From NCBI GenBank assembly GCA_047967505.1, contig CM106538.1: a stretch of 64,000 bases of DNA; one strand, given 5' to 3'. Shown piece after piece: positions 1 to 10,500 of this stretch (the first letter of the stretch is position 1; every line of letters starts with the position of its first letter). The position numbers were made by a program, and so were the translations under genes. Origin of the DNA: Dipteris shenzhenensis. Taxonomy: Eukaryota. Under the pieces are notes generated by a model that saw only the letters and a list, made by a program, of their open reading frames with translations, was not told where the DNA came from and did no database searches.

Positions 1-3000
1 GTCTCATAAACCATGGTGCCATACTTAGGATTTGTGCGATAAGGTCCACATACCTTAGGGTGAGCACCTTCCCTTATAGGTACCACATCTAGTGAAATTC
101 CTTTCATCTCTTTGTATGACCATGCTAGGTAATCATGGTATTCCATTAGGAGTGCTTTGAGTTTGGTTTCATCTTCTTGTCAAAGCTATTTCCCAATGAA
201 AACCCGTTTTTCTTCCTTCCTTTCAAGGGTGAGATTTATTGTGCATGTTTTTGCCGATCCCTCATAGATTGGAGTTTCTCCAATGCTATCAGTTTCTTGA
301 ACTTCAGATTCTCTTAGTGGTCTTGGCATTACTATTGGGACACTGCCACTTGTGTAATTCTTGAAGTATTTCAGCACTTCTCAAAGATTGACCTCTGATG
401 GTGTTGAACTAGCCTGACATGTGCCATGTGTACTAGGTGGCATAGTTTCATTTACCAATTTGTTAGGCTCTTTTTGACTTTCTTTTTCTGAAGTCTCTTG
501 ATCGAGCTTCATCCGCACATGTGGCTTATATATTTATAAAACTTCTTACGTTTGGAACTATGGGGTAACTTTTCCACTGGTAAGGTGTTCCCAAGTAAGG
601 GTTCATTTGCTGTGCATACTCCTTCTAGTCCATTTGGGGACCATTCAAGAGGTGGTGGTTTTGATTTTGAGGGAGCTGGCTTTGCAAAATACAATTCGAC
701 GATCCTTGTTTGGACTCATTCAAATTCATTGAAGTGTTCGACTTTGGCTTTTCTGCGATTTCCTCCAACTTTATTGTGGGATCTTCTGCTATTATTCAAC
801 TTTGGAGGTTCAACTTTTGGGAGCTTGACTGCCATTAGGGCATGCAGAATGGATGTCATTATCAAAGATTTGATCTTCAATTTTAACATTCTCAGCCTCA
901 GTTTCAAGGTCCCAAGGAAAATCTGAGTCATCATTGGTATGGGTACCTTCTTCAAGTTCATTATTCCACTTGAGGTTAGCCATAAAGAATGGCACCTCTG
1001 GATCAATTGGTTCTTCATGTGTGAGTGGAGGATCTACCTGTAGCACCTTAGCATCTATCTATGAGAAGATGGGGTCTAATGAATGGCAGTTGTCGATGGT
1101 TGCCAATGTTTATATCCAGTTATTAACATTGCTTTGTGAATCGCCCGCTATGGCATGCTGTTGTAGGAGAGCTGATTTGCTTGAGATTTTCATTGAAGAT
1201 GTGTTCCAATGCTCTAGGCACAATCGGTTTTATAGCTCCTGTCCCCACATTCACTCTAACTACGGTGCAATTCTAGATTGTTAGTCTATCAATTCCCCAA
1301 TCATGGAAGACTGATGCTTCTCGTAACCAAGGACGTCCCACTAAGATTTGATAGGATCTTTTGGGGAGATCCAAGATTGTGAATTGAAGGGAAAAGAGGA
1401 CTCCTGCGACCTTTGTGAACATACCATTCATTATTCCCAAGGGTTTAGCCCATGAATCATCGGCAAGGCATACATTGAAATTAGCATTTTGCATTGGTAG
1501 GAGACCCCATTCATCGTAGACCTCCTTTGATAAGACATTTACACCTGCTCCACCATCCACTATGGCTTGGACTTCATTATATGCCTTGTGGATCAAAGGC
1601 ATAGTAATGTTGCATATGTCATCTCTCTCATCCATCCACATAGGGATATCTTCGATATCATTCATAGGTGGAGAGGGATTTGCAAGTTCAATTCATCCTT
1701 TGAAACTCTCCCAAAGATTGGGACAATTTCGTAGGAGGATTCCCATGGGAATTGACACAGGGCAAGTCAAGATACTAGAGAGTGTGGCTCCTTCAAGTTG
1801 ACGTGGTGGTACATTATGTTGTGGAGTCTGTTGTTGGAACAGAGGCTCGAATACATTATCACTACTTTGTGGGGCCAAGTCATGGATTGGCTCTTGAGCT
1901 TGTTTCTCAGCCTCAAATTGAGCTTGCTTCTTTTGTACCCATTGTTGAAGTGCCTAAAAACGAGCCTTCTCCACCTCTGCATTTGGGTATGGAGCTTCTT
2001 TTATTTGAGGCTTGGGAGTTGATGTGGACAAGCTCATCTGCTCATTGCTTGGCGGAGGTGGAGGCACTTGTGCTTGCTTTTTAAGTTGTTTTGGTTGGAT
2101 TAAAATGCTAGGGCCCTTGGTGGCCTCTTTTTGCTGGCTTGTAATTACATTCACAAGTTGTGATACTATGCTTACCGGCCCCAGACTTTGATGGTCCACC
2201 CCAATGATGGCGATTGGGATGTCAGGCTTAACCTCTGTTTGTTGTGGGACTTTATTTTTCATGGGACAATCCATACAGGTATGTCCTATGCCACAATCTC
2301 TACGGAGTGGTGGAAAGTAGTGAGGCTACCACGATGAGGGCACTCTATGATCCGGTGATTTTCTCCACAACTGTGGCACTTGATTGGTGCTCGATATGTG
2401 TTGGGACATACTTGATTTTCATAAACTGGTATTAGACCCTCTGCAGCATAAACTGGTATTAGACCCTCTGCACCTTGTACATAGTACATTGGGTACTCTA
2501 CTTCATACTCAAATGGCGAGTCTACTTCCTCAGCTTGTAATTGATGTATCGGAACTACCTGAGGAGCTAGATTTGGTGCTCTTGGATATAGTCGTGGTTT
2601 CGGATTCCTAAGTAATTGTGGGACTTGTGTCCGAACAGGAACAGGATTTAGCCTCAGAGTTGGGGGCACTAGTCGGAGGCATTGGCTAGATTGTAGCTGC
2701 ATGTAGATTGGTGGGTGAGAGTTGCAAAGGGTGTCTCTTTCGCAAGTGTGAGTGTTGATGTGGTTTTATTTGGAGGGTTAGAGTGGTGTTATTTTTGTAG
2801 GGACCATCAAGTTAATAATGTGCCTAAGACTGTCCCTCGTGTGTAGCGAAATGTGCCGATGCAAAGGGATCGTCAATCGGAGGTCACGGCATAAAGATAT
2901 AAATGAATTTATGTGAAATGAGGCCCACATGGGGGCACGAATGAGCGAGTGCTAGGGATGCCAAAATGGTGTGCAATAGGCTGGAAAAATGCCCCGTAGT

Positions 3001-3829
3001 GTGGTGTTTTTGTGTGTAAAATTTTGGTTCAAAGGGGTCTAGTTTGGGTCCCAAACGGGCATGATACGAAGTGTTGAAGTAGGGGTAAAATTGGCCTTTG
3101 GGGGGGGGATTGGTCTTGAGGTTGGTGTGAATGGACTTTAAGTCCAACTGAGGGGTTTGAAGCAAGTTAATTCGAGTTAGTCTAACTAGCCTACAACCCT
3201 AACTACCCAATTACTATAACTAAGTAGTTACTTTAACTAACCTAACTACTTCCACTAACTAGAGTTAGTCTATTATAATTGAAGGTTAGTTAAGCTAAAC
3301 TAGTTGTTAGTAACTAACCTAGAGTTAACCTAACTAACCTAGGTAAAATCTAATCTAACCTAAGTTAATACTAACCTAACTATAGTCAGTTAGATGGTTA
3401 GATTACGTTTTTTTATAAATAATTATTATTATTATTTTTTTTTTTTAATCAAGGGGGGAGGGGGGGCGTCGGGCGGTGGCGCTGTTTAGGGGGGGGGAAG
3501 GTTTTCACGAATGGGGGGAAGGGTACTATGTGGAGGGGAAGGTTGCAGAGGGGGATGGATGAGGAGGATGCTGGAGCAAGAAGGATGGGTGGGGAGGAAG
3601 GAGATGTGGCGGAAGGTGGTGCATCGAGCAGAGGAGGTGTTGGAGGGGAGGGGCGAGCGCCACCACCTATTTGGACAATTTCGCCTCGGGTGGGCCGCCA
3701 TTGGCACATCGGCGTCAATCGGCTGGTGGCACTGTCGCTGTGGCAGGCAGTGCCACACCGCGTGCGGTTGCGTTTGCAGAGCAAGGGCCTAAGCCCTTGC
3801 TATTAGAAGGTAAGGAGGGCAGTTGACTA

Positions 3830-3870
3830 AGAGGAGAGGGGGTGGGGGGGAAGAGAGAGAGAAAGGGGGT

Positions 3871-3903
<33 letters not shown>

Positions 3904-3938
3904 GGTAGAGAGAGAGAGAGAGAGACAAGAGGGAGGGG

Positions 3939-3983
<45 letters not shown>

Positions 3984-4380
3984 AGGGGGGGAAAGAGGGG
4001 GGATTGGAATAGAGGGGGGTGGAGAGGGGGGGGAGGAGATGGAGGAGGGGGGGGGGAGGGTGGAGGGGTTGGTGGTGGAGAGGGGGGGAAGGGGGTGGAG
4101 ATGGAGGAGGAGGGGGGGAAGGGGAAGCGGGGGGTGGATGGAGGGGGAGGGGTGGAGAGGGGGGAGGGGGGGGGGAAGGGGGGTGGTGGTGGAGGGGGAG
4201 ATGGAGGAGGGGGGGATGGAGGGGATGGTGGAGGGGGTGGGGGTGGGGGTGGGGGGGGTGAGGGGATGGTGGTGGAGGGGGGAAATGGTGGAGGGGGAGA
4301 GGAGTGGAGGGAATGGTGGTGGAGGGGGGAATGGTGGAGGGGGAGGGGGGTGGAGGGGGGGATGGAGGGGGAGGGGAAAC
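3830..4380. repeat. Extreme G/A-rich low-complexity tract with (GA)n and many G-runs, in the retroelement leader
   Basis: About 550 bp of mostly G and A with scattered T and almost no C on the + strand. Confidence 0.95.
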
Positions 4381-5162
4381 AAAAACTTGACGGACGGAAA
4401 ACTTTAACGAAAATCCAAAGGGAGAAAGAGATGATCACCTGAACGCTCTCCAAGTCTTTCTTGATGTAACGGGATTGTTGAGGACGAATGGACGGTGGTT
4501 GGATGGCTAGGTTATCACTGCTGCGAGATGGGCTCAAAGTAACTCACCATGAGAGGATGGGAGTAGGGTGGTGGTCGATGGAGAGGGAGGAGTGTCTTGC
4601 GTAGGGCTCAGAATGGGGAAGAGGATGGAGGCAAGATGTGAAAGAAAAAGTATGAGAGGGATGGATGCACTTTTATAAAGAAGGAGGGGAAGCTATGGAA
4701 TTTAGTCAAACACATGTGCACCTTTGAATTTGTCCATGTTTGAGTAGTCAAATACATGTGCAGCTTTGAATTTGTCCATGTTTGACTAGGGAGGTGGTTT
4801 TAATTTTTCTTTTGGGTTATGGCATTTAGAACCTTTAAACATTGATTGCCCATAACTTTTGGTGGTTGTGTCATAATGTGCTCTCATAAAAAGGAGAAAT
4901 GTTCAGAATTTCAAGCTCTACACTTTGACGACCATCACATAGTCTCATTTATTCCTCAAGGTGCTGTTTTTCCCAAAAACATGCATTTTCCTAAACCAGT
5001 AACGAAGAGCTTCAATAAAGTTTTTTTTTTTTGATTTTTTCTATTGGGGTTGGAAAAATTTTAGCTCTCCTAGCTCTTGAGTGATATGTTCGCAAAAGTT
5101 CGAAGTAGTTTGTTTTTTACACATACCTACATATGTTTACTCGTTACTTGAGAAGCTAGTCT

Positions 5163-5179
5163 TCCCAATAGCGGCGCCA
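5163..5179 (-). promoter_or_regulatory. Primer-binding site, degenerate tRNA-Asp-like
   Basis: Minus strand TGGCGCCGCTATTGGGA next to the LTR end; resembles the Athila-type TGGCGCCGTTGCCGGGG with transition changes. Confidence 0.6.
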
Positions 5180-5181
5180 AA

Positions 5182-5561
5182 TGTTGGCTCTTTCCCACGG
5201 CTTCTGTAGGAAGAGCACGGTATTCTCAGTATGCAGGAATCTGAGGCTTTTTGTCAGCTACATATATATATCAGGGCTATCGTTTGTAGTATATGTGTAG
5301 CTTAGGACCTCGAGTCGTATTTTGGTGAGAGACTAGGCTTTAGTGTAGTAAGCAAACATAGTGCATGGATGTGTGAAAGGAACGTGCATCATCATGGTTG
5401 AGGTAATGAAGGCTTTTGCCTTCATTAGGGGTTGAGGCGTTTAGGAGGAGTTTAAGGGTTAGAGGGAAATCCAAGGTTTAGAAAGAGGTTCCAGAGTTTA
5501 GAAGAGGACATGCTTTTGGACGTGGAGTGCAACGAAGCATGGACACTTGACCTCTCCATCA
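5182..5561 (-). repeat. Putative 5' LTR of the gypsy element
   Basis: Minus strand reads TGATGG...CCAACA (imperfect terminal inverted repeat). PBS follows after 2 nt. An unrelated reading frame resumes right at 5562. The partner LTR is outside the window, so the upper boundary is inferred. Confidence 0.6.
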
Positions 5562-6325
5562 TCTTCCTGCAAAAGTATCCATGGGTGGAGGGAAGGCAAG
5601 GAGATTCCTATCGAACCACAATCTCGACAAAGACAAGCGTACATTGTCTCAAAGTAGTTTGGGTTAGGAATATTAGAAAGCATTGTATGAATGCATGACC
5701 AATAAGGCTTCTCATCCTCAAATAGCAACTTTGAGAGCTAAAATATGGACAAAGGTAGATGCATTGATAAGATTGCTTCGCCAGGTTCAAATCGTTGAGA
5801 TGTATTATGAAAGGTTCAGGATGGCTGTGAAAGTTTATGCAATTAATGGTGAAAGCATGGGGGGAGTCGCACATTACGCATTACATGGTAATCTTGGCAC
5901 CATCGTAATATTTAGCACTTGCATTATAAAAACTTTTTGTTGCTGAAATGATGCTCATCATGTTTGCAGCATATTCTCTATGCACACGGACCATGGTTTG
6001 TACAAAATTGGGGCCCTTTGTCCATTTGGAATACACGTCATGGAGAAGAAGCACTATAGAGCCAAGGCAGCCTACTTCAAGAACTCAACGCATGGTGGTG
6101 GTGTCACTTGTAGCAATGCATTGCATGAGATGTTCGACTCGTTTTTTAGATGTTTATTAGGTAGGATTTTGAAGTCTAAAAAGGCAAAGGCATCAAAACT
6201 TGCAAAAGCAGTTCAAATTATATCAAAGAATAGAAGGCATAATGCTTTGTAAAGCATCCATAGGGAGTCAAGGAGTCACACGTTGGTTGCAAGCTAGAGT
6301 GAGAGAAGGGAGGAGACGGGTCTAA
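5562..6325 (+). pseudogene. 3' half of a Transib/RAG1-like (possibly Chapaev/CMC-related) DDE transposase pseudogene, with one GT-AG intron (5888-5969)
   Basis: Manual translation: LPAKVSMGGGKARRFLSN...LRAKIWTKVDALIRLLRQ...F(fs)MVKAWGESHITHYM|HILYAHGPWFVQNWGPLSIWNT(fs)MEKKHYRAKAAYFKNSTHGGG. This parallels RAG1 MNGNFARKL...[31 protein letters not shown] (HxxxxH, then P+2, G+9, W+14, E+20). The 3' end coordinate is approximate. Confidence 0.7.
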
Positions 6326-6592
6326 CCAGCAAACAACAAAAGCTATGGTGTAATTGTATACAGTTATGAAATGAATATCTTGCTTATTTTGACCACAATT
6401 TGTGTACTCACTTTTGAATATCTTGCTTATTTTGACCATAATTTGTGTGCTCACTCTTGGAGTCCAAGGTCTGTGTGAGGTAACGAGGTTGGGGAAGGTG
6501 GGGACAAGGTGGAGGAGGGGGATGAGAAGGGAGGGGCACAGGGCGGGGCAAGTGGGGGGGAGTGGTAGCAAGGGTAGGGGAAGGGAGGGGAC

Positions 6593-7091
6593 ATGGTACC
6601 TATGCCCATAAATAGGATAAAGCAGACGCCAAGGAAGCGGCATCCCAAAAAAGGACAAAGCTCAAGACATCCATGAGAGGGGGATTCGAAGGAGGATCGG
6701 TGGAAAGAAGAGCAATGCAAGAAGTTCAAGGCAGACAAGAGGTCATGGAACCATGTTCACATACCTGTACAGCCTCCACCAAGAGTCAAGAAGCCATACA
6801 GAGCAAAGCCAGGAGTGCAGGCCCTAAGGGAGATCAAATAGATGCAAAAGACCACCGACAATCTGATCCCGCATGCTCCCTTCCAACGTGTGGTATAAGA
6901 GATAGCACAGGGACAATGTACGATTAAGCATAGAAGCTATGGGGGCACTCTAGGGGGGTGTGAAGCAAGTCACCACCTCTCTTTTAGAGGATGACAACTT
7001 GTGTCCCATCCACGCAAAGCATGTCACGATCATGGACAAGGACATGGCTCTAGTGAAGCGGCTACGGATGGACCCAAGCTTGAAGCCCTAG
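6593..7091 (+). pseudogene. Divergent histone H3-like pseudogene (H3-type tail motif, long insertion, full histone fold)
   Basis: Frame from 6602: MPINRIKQTPRK...[44 protein letters not shown]. Frameshift near 6910, then [53 protein letters not shown]. Collinear with H3 ARTKQTARK...GVKKPHRYRPGTVALREI...[29 protein letters not shown]. Stops at 6674, 6839, 6896 and 6951. Confidence 0.9.
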
Positions 7092-7281
7092 AATCTCTTT
7101 GAGCCCACCACCCAGGACTTAGACTACCCCCTGCCCTTAAAGGCACAATCTTGTATCTGAGGCCCAAGGGCCAATATTTTTTAATAAAACATATCTACAT
7201 TTTGTACACTATCGCATTGTTGTGAATTCTCCATGTTTATGACTAAAGCTACTATTCATTGTAATGTCTTTTGAATTCTAC

Positions 7282-7502
7282 CAAATCCTGGAGGAATTTC
7301 ACCGTGGCACAGAAGGGAAAAGTGTCTGAGACATCACGAGGAGCCCAAAATGCCCTAAACCCACCACGGCACAAAATTGGGCATTTTGGCAAGTCCATAA
7401 TGCCCAAATTCACACCATGATGGGTTTAGGGCATTCTAGGCTCCTTGCGATATCCTTGACACTTTTCCCTTCTACGCCACTATGAAATTTCTCCAGGATT
7501 TG
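7282..7502. repeat. Long inverted repeat / hairpin: two ungapped 108-bp arms with a 5-nt loop
   Basis: 7282-7389 matches the reverse complement of 7395-7502 with 21 differences by manual count (about 81% identity). Confidence 0.95.
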
Positions 7503-7519
7503 ACAAAAATGAACTTTGG

Positions 7520-10500
7520 ATACCCAGAATTGGTGAAAATCACCGTGTCAAAAATGTGTGTGTTGATGGGGGAGCTACATGTAATATCATGGTGCCCCGA
7601 ATCATGAAGAAATTGAATTTGAAATGTACAAGGCGTTCCTCCACTCGAATCAAGGTAGCAGATGGTCGACGACTCGCCACCCTAGGAGTCATTGAGGATT
7701 TGCCCATCACTGTCAATGGGTTGGCCACCATTGTCAATTTCTATGTAGTGGACATTGAAGATACAGGCAGGAGTTACCCAACCATACTCGGGAGACCATG
7801 GTTGAGAAAGAGTGATGCAGTCAGCTATTGGAAGACAGGACACATGTCTTTTGGTGCTTCTAAGGAGAAGATCCCAGTGCAACCCGGTGCCATGGAACCA
7901 GAAGAAGAAGAGGAGCAAGACAGTGATACTCTCTCATCCTCAGTGTCTGAATCAATGGAAGAATCAAATGGGGGGGAGGAATTCTCAGAGGAGGAAGTTT
8001 ACATGATGGAGGTGTCTCCGACCCCGCCACCTGCAGAAAAGGTAACAGCTAGTCCTCAACAACTTGAATCTATGTTTTCCCCAGACCTCACTCCAAGTGA
8101 GAAAGACGAGTTCCTAGAAATGTTCAAAGATTTCCCTAACCTCTTTGCAACTAGCTACCACCACCTTCGTCATGTGACTGCCATAGAGCACAAGATAGAG
8201 CTGAAGCCTGATGCAAAGCTTGTGGCTCAGAAGTATCGAAGATTAGGGCCCCTGCAGACCGATGCTTTGCGCTCGGAGTTGCAGAAGCTTGTAGAGGCTG
8301 GGTTTATTGTTCCGATTCACAATACTGAATGGGTTTCACCAGTGGTAGTCACCCCAAAGAAAAACAACAAGTGGCGGGTCTGCATCGACTATAAGAAACT
8401 CAATGCAGCCACCAAGAGGGATCATCATCCTCTGCCCTTTCAAGACCTCATTCTTGAGAAGGTAAGTGGTCATGAGATGTATACTTTCTGTGATGGTTAC
8501 TCTGGGTTTTATCAAATCAGAATTGCCAAAGAAGATGTGCTTAAAACCACATTTGCCACACCCTGGGGGACATTTGCATTCAAAGTAATGCCATTTGGCC
8601 TCACCAATGCTCTTGCTACCTTTCAAAGATTTATGCAGATGGTGTTTGCTCCTTATTTGGGGGATTTCTTGGAGGTGTTTTTAGATGATTTTTGTATATT
8701 CTCGTCACGTAAGGAGCACGTCATGAAGGTTAGATTGGCCTTCCAAAGGGTCAATGATGCAAATGGCTGTCTCAACCCTGAGAAATGCACCATTGGAGCC
8801 ACTCAAGGGAGGTTAGTGGGACATATTGTCTCATCCGAGGGCGTCAAGCCTGACCCCGAGAAGGTAGAAGCCATCCTCAAGCTCTCCCCACTTACAACCA
8901 AACGTCAGGTACGCTCATTTGTCAATCTAGCAGGATGCTATCGCCGCTTCATTGATCAATATGCTACTTTGACACGACCCATGACTATGCTATTAAAAGA
9001 TGGGGTTGATTTCTCTTGGGATGAGGATTGTGATCATGGGTTTGCACAAATCAAGAATGCTCTGGCTTCAGAACCCATTCTACGCAATCCAAATTGGTCA
9101 AAGACTTTCTATATCAATCCTGGGTTTGGTGAGCACACTCTGGTAGGTATTCTTCTCCAGCAAGGGGAGGATCGGTTCATGTATCCTGTTCGATTTGCTT
9201 CTCGACAATTGCTCGACACTGAGCGACACTATTCAGAGGTTGACAAGCATGCCTTGTCTTTGGTGTTTTGCATTGAGAAATTTAAGCATTATGTGGCGGG
9301 AAAGTCCTCCATTATACTCACTAGCACTGGTCTTGCAAAGCAGGTTCTTCAATCACCAAATCCTATGGGCCAGTTGACCAAATGGATGGCAGTTCTACAA
9401 GAATATGATTTTTCTTTCAAAATTGTAAAAGGGGGTTGTTCCAACTTGAAGAATGCTTTGATTGATTTAGAGGAGTGCCTTGATGTAACCCTTGTAGCAG
9501 CCATAGAAGTTGGGGATCCATGGTATGGTGGTATCTACAGGTTTCTGACTACTTTCTCCTTTCCTCCAGAAAGTATTAGCTACGAGAGAAAGAAGATCCG
9601 CAGAGATAGTAGGTGCTACACCCTCCTTGATGGGGTGTTGTACCGTCAAGGCATGGATGGTGGGCTACTAAGACGGGCCATTGATGCAGATGAAGTGCCT
9701 AAGGTATTGAAGCATTATCATGATGGATTTTGTGGAGGCTAATATGCCAGTGACTATACAGCTAAGAAGATTTTACATGCTGGATACTATTGGCCGACCT
9801 TGTTCAAGGATGTCACTTTGTATTGCAAAACCTGTGAACCATGCCAATTCTTTGGTAAGAAGAATTTGCGTCTTGGGCAACATCACCCAATGATGTCCAT
9901 CCATCCGTTTCAAAAGTGGGGAATAGATTTTGTCGGGCCCTTGCCGGTGACTGCCCACAAAAAGAAGTATCTTTTGGTAGCCACTCAATATGTCACTAAG
10001 TGGGCTGAAGCTATCGCCATCCCCGCTGCAAATGGTAAGGCAGTTTCAAATTTCATATTTGAACGTATCTGCACAAGGTTTGGGACACCCATGGAGATTG
10101 TCTCTGACCATGGGAGTCCATTCTTAAATGAAGTAATGGAGTTACTCATGGATCACATGGGTATTGATCATCACACTTCTAGCATCTATTATCCGGCATC
10201 CATGGGTCAAACAGAGCGGACCAATGGCCTCCTTTGTAAAACCCTGGGAAAAATGGCCATAGGGAACAGGAGCCAATGGGATCAAAAGGTCACTAAAGCC
10301 GTGTGGGCTTACAACATCACTCATAAACATCTACAGGTCACACTCGTTTTGAGTTGGTGTATGGTACTGAGGCCGTTTTACCACTAGAGATAGAGATTCC
10401 AGCTTTGAGATTGACACAAGAACAGAGGATGACAGAAGATGAACATGTAGAGGCCATATTGGTACAACTTGAGAAGTTAGATGAAACCCGACGTCTTGCA

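Larger units (their letters stand above)
1..5561 (-). mobile_element. Ty3/gypsy non-chromovirus (Athila/Tat-like) LTR retrotransposon, 5' part, decayed; runs off the window's left edge
   Basis: Minus-strand order is LTR (5561-5182), PBS (5179-5163), long leader, zinc knuckle CHSCGENHRIIEC (ORF 2286-2702), aspartic protease AIVDGGAGVN...ILVGRPWL (1273-1665), then pre-RT segment KRVFIGK...LMEYHDYLAWSYKEMKGI (about 1-210). Many stops and frameshifts. Confidence 0.8.

Noticed and set aside
3449-4537. Extensin-like Pro-rich and Gly-rich ORFs
   Set aside because: Artefacts of the G/C-run low-complexity tract; open in nearly all frames.
6870-7015. Apparent RAG2-like PHD finger (CSLPTC...WGH...CPIH) downstream of the RAG1-like fragment
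   Set aside because: It requires mixing frames. The same DNA gives a far better, collinear match to histone H3, where CPIH corresponds to CAIH.
6593-7091. Calling the histone-like sequence CENH3
   Set aside because: It retains Q68 and a KQTxRK tail, lacks the W typical of CENH3 at position 84, and loop 1 cannot be assessed; left as H3-like.
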